Shown here: positions 50,101 through 61,359 of the stretch, piece after piece
Position numbering within the stretch: the first letter of the stretch is position 1
Layout of the letters: each line of letters begins with the position of its first letter
Assembly (NCBI RefSeq): GCF_035084215.1
Contig: NC_090328.1
Coordinates: 5,642,001 to 5,706,000, forward strand
From: Heptranchias perlo
Lineage: Eukaryota
Direction: 5' to 3'
DNA length: 64,000 bases
Translations under genes and position numbers: made by a program
The notes under the pieces: model-generated
Database searches by the model: none
Seen by the model: only the letters and a program-made list of their open reading frames with translations
Told to the model about the DNA's origin: nothing

Positions 50101-52627
50101 TATAGTACTTACAGTGACCGGGGTAATTACAATAGTACTCACAGTGATGGGTAAATACTATAGTACTCACAGTGTCAGGGGCAAATACTATAGTAGTTAC
50201 AGTGACAGGGGTAAATACTATAGTACTTCCAGTGACAGGGCAAATACTGTAGTACTTACAGTGACAGGAGTAAATACTATAGTACTGACAGTGACGGGGT
50301 AAATACTATAGTACTTACGGTGACAGGAGTAAATACTATAGTACTTACAGTGATGGGTAAATACTATAGTACTTACAGTGACAGGGCAAATACTGTAGTA
50401 CTTACAGTGACATGAGTAAATACTATAGTACTTACTGTGACGGGGTAAATACTATAGTACTTACAGTGACAGGAGTAAATACTATAGTACTTACCGTGAT
50501 GGGTAAATACTATAGTACTTACAGTGACAGGGGTAAATACTATCGTACTTACAGTGACAGGAGTAAATACTATAATACTTACAGTGATGGGTAAATACTT
50601 TAGTACTTACAGTGACAGGTAAATACTATAGTACTTACAGTGACAGGAGTAAATACTCTAGTAGTTACAGTGACAGGACTAAATACTATTGTACTTACTG
50701 TGACGGGGCAAGTACTATAGTACTGACAGTGACAGGAGTAAATACTATAGTACTTACAGTGATGGGTAAATACTATAGTAGTTGCAGTGACAGGACTAAA
50801 TACTATTGTACTTACTGTGACGGGGCAAATACTATAGTACTTACAGTGACAGGTAAATACTATAGTACTCACAGTGTCAGGGGAAAATACTATAGTAGTT
50901 ACAGTGACAGGGGTAAATACTATAGTACTTACAGTGACAGGGTATATAATATAGTACTTACAGTGACGGGGGTAAATACTATAGTACTTGCAGTGACAGG
51001 TAAATACTATAGTACTTACAATGGTAGGTGTAAATATTATAGTACTCACAGTGAAAGGGGTATATACTATAGTACTCACGGTAACAGGGGTAAATACTAT
51101 CGTAATTACAGTGGTCAGGGTAAATACTATATTACTTACAGTGATGGGTATATAATATAGTAGTTACAGTGATGTGGTATATACTATAGTACTTACAGTG
51201 GTAGGTGTAAATATTATAGTACTCACAGTGAAAGGGGTAAATACTATAGTACTCACGATAACATGGGTAAAAACTATAGTACTTACAGTGATGGGTAAAT
51301 ACTATAGTACTTACAGTGACCGGGGTAATTACAATAGTACTCTCAGTGATGGGTAAATACTATAGTACTCACAGTGTCAGGGGCAAATACTATAGTAGTT
51401 ACAGTGACAGGGGTAAATACTATAGTACTTACAGTGACAGGGCAAATACTGTAGTACTTACAGTGACAGGAGTAAATACTATAGTAATTACAGTGACAGT
51501 TAAATACTATAGTACTGACAGTGACGGGGTAAATACTATAGTACTTACGGTACAGGAGTAAATACTATAGTACTTACAGTGATGGGTAAATACTATAGTA
51601 CTTACAGTGACAGGAGTAAAGACTATCGTAGTTACAGTGACAGGAGTAAATACTATAGTACTTACTGTGACAGGGTAAATACTATAGCACTTACAGTGAC
51701 AGGAATAAATACTGTAGTAGTTACAGTGACAGGAGTAAATACTATAGTACTTACTGTGACGGGGTAAATACTATAGTACTTAAAGTGACACGAGTAAATA
51801 CTATAGTACTTACCGTGATGGGTAAATACTATAGTACTTACAGTGACAGGGGTAAATACTATAGTACTTACAGTGACAGGACTAAATACTATTGTACTTA
51901 CTGTGACGGGGCAAATACTATAGTACTTACAGTGACAGGAGTAAATATTATAGTAGTTACAGTGACAGGACTAAATACTATTGTACTTACTGTGACGGGG
52001 TAAGTACTATAGTACTTACAGTGACAGGAGTAAATACTATAGTAGTTACAGTGACAGGAGTAAATACCGTAGTACTTACAGTGCCAGGAGTAAATACTAT
52101 AGTACTTACAGTGACAGGAGTAAATACTATAGTACTTACAGTGACAGGAGTAAATACTATAGTTCTTACAGTGACAGGAGTAAATACTATAGTACTTACA
52201 GTGACAGGGGTAAATACTATAGTACTTACAGTGACGGGGTATATAGTACTTACAGCGACAGGAGTAAATACTATAGTACTCAGTGTCAGGGGTAAATACT
52301 ATAGTAGTTACAGTGACAGGAGTAAATACTATAGTACTCACAGTGTCAGGGGTAAATACTATAGTACTTACAGTGACAGGAGTAAATATTATAGTACTCA
52401 CAGTGTCATGGGTAAATACTACAGTACTTACAGTGACAGGAGTAAATACTATAGTATTCAGTGTCGGGGTAAATACTATAGTACTTACAGTGACAGGAGT
52501 AAATACTATAGTACTTACAGTGACAGGAGTAAATATTATAGTACTTACAATGGTAGGTGTAAATATTATAGTACTCACAGTGAAAGGGGTATATACTATA
52601 GTACTCATGGTAACAGGGGTAAATACC
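47150..52627. repeat. About 30-bp AT-rich minisatellite, about 185 copies
   Basis: Unit GGAGTAAATACTATAGTACTTACAGTGACA (28-30 bp variants). Confidence 0.99.
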
Positions 52628-52880
52628 TTGTTTTTTTTTTATTCGTTCATGGGATGTGGGCGCCGCTGGCAAGGCCAGCATTTATTGCCCATCCCTAATT
52701 GCCCTCGAGAAGGTGGTGGTGAGCCGCCTTCTTGAACCGCTGCAGTCCGTGTGGTGACGGTTCTCCCACAGTGCTGTTAGGAAGGGAGTTCCAGGATTTT
52801 GACCCAGCGACGATGAAGGAACAGCGATATATTTCCAAGTTGGGATGGTGTGTGACTTGGAGGGGAATGTGCAGGTGGTG
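52628..52880 (-). mobile_element. 3' end of a CR1/L2-group LINE (same family as 6107-6340)
   Basis: Near-identical sequence with poly(A) tail (T-run on plus). An older CR1 fragment follows at about 52905-53190. Confidence 0.75.
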
Positions 52881-53199
52881 TTTGGATTCTCTGCTTCAAA
52901 TGTTGATCTACTCTTCCATTAAAAGATACAATAGTCTCTGCCTCAACCATTCCCTCTGACAGAGCATTCCATGCTCCAATAACCCTCTGTGTGAAGAAAT
53001 TTCTCCCAACTCTCTCCTCACTCTGTTAGTGATCGTTTCAAACTGCTGACCCCTCGTCACTGGCTCCCCAACCGGAGGGAATGGATCTTTCCCTATCCAT
53101 CCTATCAAAACCCTTCACTACTTCAAAAACCTCTATCAAATCTCCTCTTAACCTTTTCTGCTCCAGTGGAAACAGTCGCAGTATCTCAAGTCTGCCCAA

Positions 53200-54440
53200 T
53201 AGACAAGCTCCCAATCAGTGTCATTCCCGATGCCAAGGGAGGAAAGAACAAAAGGGAAGGACTCTGATAGGGTGGAGGGCAGGAGTGATTAAATTACAAA
53301 AGGGATGATGATGGTGCAAGGCAAGGAGGGTGGGAATGGGAGAAGTAAAGAAACAAAAGATTGGTCAGGAGTAGCTGTGAATGGCAGCAGCAGAACCATT
53401 ACCAGCACCTACTGTCCGAAAAAATGGGAGCAGTGGTTATGATCTGAAGTTATTGAAATCAATGTTAAGTCCAGAAGGTTGTAAAGTCCCTAATTGAAAG
53501 ATGAGGTGCTGTTTCTTGAGCTTCTGTTGAGCTTCATTGGAACAGTGTAAGAGGCCGAGGACAGAGGGGTCAGAGTGGGAATGGGACGGGGGATTAAAAT
53601 GGCAAACGACCGGCAGGTCAGGGTCTCACTTGCAGACAGAGCGGAGGTGTTCAGCAAAGCGATCACCCAATCTGTGTTTGGTCTCCCCAGTGTAGAGGAG
53701 ACCGCATAGTGAGCAGTGAATACAGTATAGTAAATTGAAAGAAGTGCAAGTAAATCACTGTTTCACCTGGAAGGAGTGTTTGGGGCCGTGGATGGTGGGA
53801 AGGGAGGAGGTGAAAGGGCAGGTGTTGCATCTCCTGCGCTCGCACGGGAAGGTGCCGTGGGGAGGAGAGCGGGTGTTGGGGGTGATGGAAGAGTGGACCA
53901 GGGTGTCACGGAGGGAGCGGTCCCTTCGGGATACTGAAAGGGGAGAGGAGGGGAAGATGGGATCGCGCTGGAGGTGGCGGAAATGGCGGAGGATGATACG
54001 TTGAATGTGGAGGCTGGTGGGGTGGAAGGTGAGGACAAGGGGGACCCTATCATGGTTCTGGGAGGGGAGGGAAGGGGTGAGGGCAGAAGTGAGGGAAATA
54101 GGATGGACACGGTCGAGGCCCCTGTCAACTACAGTGGAGGGAAATCCTCGGTTGAGGATAAAGGAAGACCTAGCAGAAGCACTGGTGTGGAAGGTGACAT
54201 TGTCAGAACAGATGCGACGGAGACGGAGAAACTAGGAGAAGGGAATAGAATCCTCACAGGAAGCAGGGTGGGAGGAAGTGTAATCAAGGTAGCTGTGGGA
54301 GTCGGTGGGCTTATAATAAATATTGGTTGACAGCCTATCACCAGAAATGGAGATAGAGAAGTCGAGGAAGGGAAGGGAAGAGTCGGAGATGGACCAGGTG
54401 AAGACAACGGAAGGGTGGAAATTGGAAGCAAAGTTGATTT
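53200..54440 (-). mobile_element. Penelope-like (Neptune-type) element fragment, copy A
   Basis: Minus-strand RT-thumb/linker (RVPLVLTFHP, RDRSLRDTLV), CxxxxCxxC motif and GIY-YIG-like region. Confidence 0.85.
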
Positions 54441-54442
54441 TT

Positions 54443-55201
54443 TACATCAACGTCAGAGAGCAAATGGGGCCTCGGTTTAACGCCTCATCCGAAAGACAGG
54501 ACCGCCGACAGTGCAGCACTCCCTTAGTACTGCCCCACGGACAGTGCAGCACTCCCTCAGTACAGCCCCTCCGACATTGCAGCACTCCCTCAGCTCTGCC
54601 CCACCGACAGTGCAGCACTCCCTCAGTACCGCCCCTCCGACAGTGCAGCACTCCCTCAGTACCACCCCTCCGACAGTGCAGCACTCCCTCAGTACCACCC
54701 CTCCGACAGTGCAGCACTCCCTCAGTACCGCCCCTCCGACAGTGCAGCACTCCCTCAGTACCACCCCTCCGACAGTGCAGCACTCCCTCAGTATCTCCCC
54801 TCCGACAGTACAGCACTCCCTCAGTATCTCCCCTCCGACAGTACAGCATTCCCTCAGTATCTCCCCTCCGACAGTGCAGCACTCCCTCAGTATCTCCCCT
54901 CCGACAGTACAGCACTCCCTCAGTATCTCCCCTCCGACAGTACAGCGCTCCCTCAGTACTGCCCCTCCGACAGTACAGCACTCCCTCAGTATCTCCCCTC
55001 CGACAGTGCAGCACTCCCTCAGTATCTCCCCTCCGACAGTGCAGCACTCCCTCAGTATCTCCCCTCCGACAGTACAGCACTCCCTCTGTACTGGCACTGG
55101 AGCAACAGCCTGGATTTTGTGCTCAAATCTCTGGAATGGGGACTTGAACCTTTGATCTTCTGACTCAGAGCGACAGTGCTCCCCACTGAGCCATGGCTGA
55201 C
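54443..55201 (-). mobile_element. Deu-type SINE 5' part with an internally amplified 33-bp minisatellite
   Basis: Head TGGCTCAGTGG/GGTTCAAGTCC on the minus strand; unit CCGACAGTGCAGCACTCCCTCAGTACTGCCCCT, about 18 copies. Confidence 0.9.
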
Positions 55202-55275
55202 GAGTGTTTTCTGTTACACCGTCCCCCTCACTGTACAACCTCTCAACACTGGAGAATGTGGGAATGTTTTCTTAC

Positions 55276-55638
55276 TTTGAAAGACCTGCAGCCGTGTCTC
55301 ATTCTGGACCAGATAGTCATTAGGTTTATTTTTGTTCCATCCCTTGTGCTCCACCAGACACAGGTAAGTGCTGCTGTTCTTCACACTCAGCTGGTTTATC
55401 CTGGTTGAGGCGTTTCCCTTCATTGGGTCCCCGACGAGCTCGTACCGATTTCCACCGTTTACCGTAGTCCACGATCCGTTCGATTGGGCTCTAAATGTGA
55501 CTTTGTGTTGGTAGGGCTCCTTCCTCATCCATGTAACACTGAGCTGGAGGGTGATCCCACTGGGCGGTGTGAACATACAGGGCAATGTAACCGAACCTCC
55601 CTCGGTCCCACTCACCACTGGGACATTTCCACCAGCAG
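55276..55638 (-). CDS. Ig V-set exon (domain 3, duplicate of domain 2) of the Siglec-15-like receptor
   Basis: Acceptor TTTGTCCTTTCCTCAG|, donor CAAA|GTAAGA, 363 nt, phase 1/1; GGSVTLPC...W...YLC V-set motifs. Confidence 0.88.
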
Positions 55639-56121
55639 CTGAGGAAAGGACAAACATCAGAATGGATCAGTGTCTTGATGAGAACTTTAATTTATTTCAG
55701 TTCAGTGCTCTCCCTGTGGCCCAGTAGGTAGAGGCCCTGCCCGGTGTAGTTCTCAGCCACTAAAGATTCTGTCTTGATCCTACCTACCTGCATCACACTG
55801 TATTTGTTTAGGTTAAATGCCATTTGCCATTGGTCCCAGAAACGCCAAGAAGATTCCATCGATTTCAGGGGCAATATCGGAGGAGGGTTAAGGTACAGGT
55901 AACGGCACCTCCGACAGTGCAGCACTCTCTCAGTACTGCCCTGAAGGGTGAGCTTAGCAGCAGTGATCCAATCGGCAATGTCTCCCTGAGATCCACCCAC
56001 CAATTCTCCACAGGTCCAACCCGCCCCCATCAGCTTTGGGCTGGACACTGCAGACCCACAGAACTGAGACTGGGCGGTGGGAATCGCTGATTTCAATAAT
56101 ATAAGAACAAATCTCTCGCAT

Positions 56122-57068
56122 CGAAAGATGAGGTGCTGTTCCTCGAGATTACGTTGAGCTTTATTGGAACAATGCAGGAGTCCGAGGACAGAGGGGTCAG
56201 AGTGGGAATGGGACGGGGGATTAAAATGGCAATCGACCGGCAGGTCAGGGTCTCACTTGCGGACAGAGCGGAGGTGTTCAGCAAAGTGATCACCCAATCT
56301 GCGTCTGGTCTCCCCAGTGTAGAGGAGACCGCATTGTGAGCAGTGAATACAGTATAGTAAATTGAAAGAAGTGCAAGTAAATCACTGTTTCACCTGGAAG
56401 GAGTGTTTGGGGCCGTGGATGGTGGGAAGGGAGGAGGTGAAGGGGCAGGTGTTGCATCTCCTGCGCTCGCACGGGAAGGTGCCGTGGGGAGGAGAGCGGG
56501 TGTTTGGGGTGATGGAAGAGTGGACCAGGGTGTCACGGAGGGAGCGGTCCCTTCGGGATACTGAAAGGGGAGAGGAGGGGAAGATGGGATCGCGCTGGAG
56601 GTGGCGGAAATGGCGGAGGATGATACGTTGAACGTGGAGGCAGGTGGGGTGGAAGGTGAGGACAAGGGGGACCCTATCATAGTTCTGGGAGGGAAGGGAA
56701 GGGGTGAGGGCAGAAGTGAGGGAAATAGGACAGACACGGTCGAGGCCCCTGTCAACTACAGTGGAGGGAAATCCTCGGTTGAGGATAAAGGAAGACCTAG
56801 CAGAAGCACTGGTGTGGAAGGTGACATTGTCAGAACAGATGCGACGGAGACGGAGAAACTGGGAGAAGGGAATAGAATCCTCACAGGAAGCAGGGTGGGA
56901 GGAAGTGTAATCAAGGTAGCTGTGGGAGTCAGTGGGCTTACAATAAATATTGGTTGACAGCCTATCACCAGAAATGGAGATAGAGAAGTCGAGGAAGGGA
57001 AGGGTGGAGTCGGAGATGGACCAGGTGAAGACAACGGAAGGGTGAAAATTGGAAGCAAAGTTGATTTT
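56122..57068 (-). mobile_element. Penelope-like fragment, recombinant copy (left part like copy B, right part like copy A)
   Basis: 56122-56190 matches 58880-58950; from about 56190 onward it matches 53563-54440. Confidence 0.88.
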
Positions 57069-57069
57069 T

Positions 57070-57959
57070 TACATCAACGTCAGAAAGCAAATGGGGCCTC
57101 GGTTTAACGCCTCATCTGAAAGACAGGACCGCCGACAGTGCAGCACTCCCTCAGTGCTGCTCCACGGACAGTGCAGCACTCCCTCAGTACTGCCCCTCCG
57201 ACAGTGCAGCACTCCCTCAGTACCACCCCTCCGACAGTGCAGCACTACCTCAGTACCTCCGCTCCGACAGTGCAGCACTCCCTCTGTACTACCCCTCCGA
57301 CAGTACAGCCCTCCCTCTGTACTGCCCCTCCGACAGTGCAGCACTCCCTCTGTACTGCCCCTCCGACAGTGCAGCACTCCCTCTGTACTACCCCTCCGAC
57401 AGTACAGCCCTCCCTCAGTACTGCCCCTCCGACAGTGCAGCACTCCCTCAGTATCTCCCCTCCGACAATGCAGCACTCCCTCTGTACTGCCCCTCCGACA
57501 GTACAGCACTCCCTCTGTAACTCCCCTCCGACAGTGCAGCACTCCCTCAGTATCTCCCCTCCGACAGTGCAGCACTCCCTCAGTACCTCCCCTCCGACAG
57601 TGCAGCACTCCCTCTGTACTGCCCCTCCGACAGTACAGCACTCCCTCTGTAACTCCCCTCCGACAGTGCAGCACTCCCTCAGTATCTCCCCTCCGACAGT
57701 ACAGCGCTCCCTCAGTATCTCCCCTCCGACAGTGCAGCACTCCCTCAGTATCTCCCCTCCGACAGTGCAGCACTCCCTCTGTACTGCCCCTCCGACAGTG
57801 CAGCACTCCCTCAGTATCTCCCCTCCGACAGTACAGCGCTCCCTCTGTACTGCACTGGAGCAACAGCCTGGATTTTGTGCTCAAATCTCTGGAATGGGGA
57901 CTTGAACCTTTGATCTTCTGACTCAGAGCGACAGTGCTCCCCACTGAGCCATGGCTGAC
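57070..57959 (-). mobile_element. Duplicated Deu-type SINE with 33-bp minisatellite (about 22 copies)
   Basis: Paralogue of 54443-55201, about 131 bp longer. Confidence 0.9.
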
Positions 57960-58033
57960 GAGTGTTTTCTGTTACACCGTCCCCCTCACTGTACAACCTC
58001 TCGACACTGGAGAATGTGGGAATGTTTTCTTAC

Positions 58034-58396
58034 TTTGAAAGACCTGCAGCCGTGTCTCATTCTGGACCAGATATTCATTAGGTTTATTTTTGTTCCATCC
58101 CTTGTGCTCCACCAGACACAGGTAAGTGCTGCTGTTCTTCACACTCAGCTGGTTTATCCTGGTTGAGGCGTTTCCCTTCATTGGGTTCCCGACGAGCTCG
58201 TACCGATTTCCACCGTTTACCGTAGTCCACGATCCGTTCGATTGGACTCTAAATGTGACTTTGTGTTGGTAGGGCTCCTTCCTCATCCATGTAACACTGA
58301 GCTGGAGGGTGATCCCACTGGGCGGTGTGAACATACAGGGCAATGTAACCGAACCTCCCTCGGTCCCACTCACCACTGGGACATTTCCACCAGCAG
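58034..58396 (-). CDS. Ig V-set exon (domain 2) of the Siglec-15-like receptor
   Basis: Same splice sites as 55276-55638; 363 nt, phase 1/1. SVTLPCMFTPP..VTWMRKEPY..RYELVGNP..YLCLVE resembles the Siglec-15 V domain. Confidence 0.9.
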
Positions 58397-58879
58397 CTGA
58401 GGAAAGGACAAACATCAGAATGGATCAGTGTCTTGATGAGAACTTTAATTTATTTCAGTTCAGTGCTCTCCCTGTGGCCCAGTAGGTAGAGGCCCTGCCC
58501 GGTGTAGTTCTCAGCCACTAAAGATTCTGTCTTGATCCTACCTACCTGCATCACACTGTATTTGTTTTGGTTAAATGCCATTTGCCATTGGTCCCAGAAA
58601 TGCCAAGAAGATTCCATCGATTTCAGGGGCAATATCGGAGGAGGGTTAAGGTTCAGGTAACGGCACCTCCGACAGTGCAGCACTCTCTCAGTACTGCCCT
58701 GAAGGGTGAACTTAGCAGCAGTGATCCAATCGGCAATGTCTCCCTGAGATCCACCCACCAATTCTCCACAGGTCCAACCCGCCCCCATCAGCTTTGGGCT
58801 GGACACTGCAGACCCACAGAACTGAGACTGGGCGGTGGGAATCGCTGATTTCAATAATATAAGAACAAATCTCTCGCAT

Positions 58880-59625
58880 CGAAAGATGAGGTGCTGTTCC
58901 TCGAGATTACGTTGAGCTTCATTGGAACAATGCAGGAGTCCGAGGACAGAGGTCAGAGTGGGAGTGGGACAGAGAACTAAAATGGCAAGCGACCAGAATC
59001 TCTGGGTCAATACTGCGGACTGAGTGGAGGTGTTCAACAAGGCGATCACCCAGTCTGCGTTTGGTCTCCCCAGTGTAGAGGAGACCTCATTGTGAGTTGG
59101 AAGAAGTGCAAGTAAATTGCTGTTTCACCTGGAAGGAGTGTTTGGGGCCCTGGACGGTGGGAAGGGAGGAGGTGAAGGGGCAGGTGTTGCATCTCCTGCG
59201 CTCACACGGGAAGGTGCCGTGGGGAGGAGAGCGGGTGTTGGGGGTGATGGAAGAGTGGACCAGGGTGTCACGGAGGGAACGGTCTCTTCGGAATGCTGAG
59301 AGGGGAGGGGTGGGAAAGAGATATTTGGCGATGCCATCGGCTGGAAGTGGTGGGTAATGGCGGAAGATGATCCGTTGAACCTGGAGGCTGGTGGGGTAGA
59401 AGGTGAGGACAAGGGGGACCCTATCGTGGTACTGGAAGGGTGGGGGATGTGTGAGGGCAGAAGTGCGGGAAATGGGACGGACACGGTCGAGGGCCCTGTG
59501 AACCACAGTGGAGGGGTATCCTCAGTTGAGGAGAAAGGAAGACGTATCGGATATATCGGAAGCACTGGTGTGGAAGGTGGCATCATCGGAACAGATGTAA
59601 CGGAGATGGAGAAACTGGGAGTAAT
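58880..59625 (-). mobile_element. Penelope-like fragment, copy B
   Basis: ORF 59087-59506: RVPLVLTFYP...FRRDRSLRDTLVHS...PCERRRCNTC...FTCTSSN. Confidence 0.85.
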
Positions 59626-60132
59626 GTGAGAAGTCATGTGAGACTATCACAGGTCTGTACACCCGACCAAGTGGTCTGTTCTCAATCACCTGCGAGACTC
59701 CGTTATTGCTGTTTGGGAAGATCTTTGAAAAGCTGAAGACTTTGAAAATCTGGACTTAATTCCAACTCTATAAACAGGTTCATTTTCCAGTGGTTCAGAA
59801 ACAGGGAAGGTTTAGCACCAGCCTGGCACACAGAGACAGTCTCGACCTTGCCCAGAGACACTGAAGTTTATTTTACTAATTTACTCCGCTCCTCTCCTGA
59901 ATTGCTTGGCTTATGTCTTTGGCATCTAGATAACATCGGTAAGACCAAGGTAACATATTGCTAGACGAGGAAAGACCAAGGTCCATCTACTTCACCTTCT
60001 ACCATCCCGATCCCCTTCAAAGCCCGGGGCTGCTGAGAGCTTATTGATCTGTGGGGCTCAGGACCAGACCAGGTGGAGCCTTTACCCATTGAACTATTGG
60101 GGCAGGTACAGCCCCTGAACATTGTTCCTTAC

Positions 60133-60525
60133 CTCTCACTCCCAGGCTCGTTAGTTCCAATGATTCAAATTTGCCAATATTGAGCTCCACATGACACTTA
60201 TAATAACCGCTGTCCATCTGGTTCAGTCCTTCCATCATTATCGAGGCATCGTTGTCGCTGAGATTCCCCACGAATCTGTATCGATTCCCGCCGTCCTTCT
60301 GTATCACATTCTCACACAGCTTACTCCGTGAATGGCCGGGACCATAATATATACAGTTAAAAGGAACGTGTCTGCTCAATGAGTCCTTTTTGAACCATAT
60401 CACAGAGCCACTGACTGTACGACCAGGGAATGGGGCGGTAAACCTGCACGGCAAGACAGCAGACTGCCCTTCCTCAGCAATCACTTCATCCGGGCCGTGC
60501 ATTGTCCAACCATTAAGATTATACT
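60133..60525 (-). CDS. Ig V-set exon (domain 1) of the Siglec-15-like receptor
   Basis: Acceptor (CT)n-CCCCACACAG|, donor GAG|GTAAGG, 393 nt, phase 1/1. WTMHGPDEVIAEEGQSAVLPCRFT, the FNC...KLC extra Cys pair, RYRFVGN and YKCHVEL..KFES align by eye with the Siglec-15 V-set domain. Confidence 0.92.
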
Positions 60526-60698
60526 CTGTGTGGGGAGAGAGAGAGAGAGAGAGGGGCAATATTAAAACAGCACTGGGTCAGACATTAGTGTTTCGATAAC
60601 ATACTGTGAGACAATATACTGACTCTGATATACAGTGACAACGGATATAACATCACATGGTCAAATTGGGATGGTTTATACTTGGAGAGTGGACATTG

Positions 60699-61292
60699 TG
60701 GAGTGAGTTACAGGCGGGAATCTAATCGAGGGGTTCGGGTGGTTTATAAAAAGAATAATGGAGACCTGGGAGTGAGTTACAGGCTGGAATCTAATCGAGG
60801 GGTTCGGGTGGTTTATAAAAAGAATAATGGAGACCTGGGAGTGAGTTACAGGCTGGAATCTAATCGAGGGGTTCGGGTGGTTTATAAAAAGAATAATGGA
60901 GACCTGGGAGTGAGTTACAGGCTGGAATCTAATCGAGGGGTTCGGGTGGTTTATAAAAAGAATAATGGAGACCTGGGAGTGAGTTACAGGCTGGAATCTA
61001 ATCGAGGGGTTTGGGTGGTTTATAAAAAGAATAATGGAGACCTGGGAGTGAGTTACAGGCGGGAATCTAATCGAGGGGTTTGGGTGGTTTATAAAAAGAA
61101 TAATGGAGACCTGGGAGTGAGTTACAGGCGGGAATCTAATCGAGGGGTTCGGGTGGTTTATATATAGAATAATGGAGACCTGGGAGTGAGTTACAGGCGG
61201 GAATCTAATCGAGGGGTTCGGGTGGTTTATATATAGAATAATGGAGACCTGGGAGTGAGTTACAGGCGGGAATCTAATCGAGGGGTTCGGGT
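60699..61292. repeat. 69-bp tandem repeat, about 8.5 copies
   Basis: Unit GGAGTGAGTTACAGGCTGGAATCTAATCGAGGGGTTCGGGTGGTTTATAAAAAGAATAATGGAGACCTG. Confidence 0.97.
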
Positions 61293-61359
61293 GATTGATA
61301 TATTGGGATTGAGAATCCAGTCCTGATGCAGTGACAGTGGGACCTTGTTCTTCAAAACA

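Noticed and set aside
48356-57944. ORFs with GVNTIVLTVT or STPSVPPLRQC repeats
   Set aside because: Frame-preserving 30- and 33-bp tandem repeats; the latter is SINE-derived.
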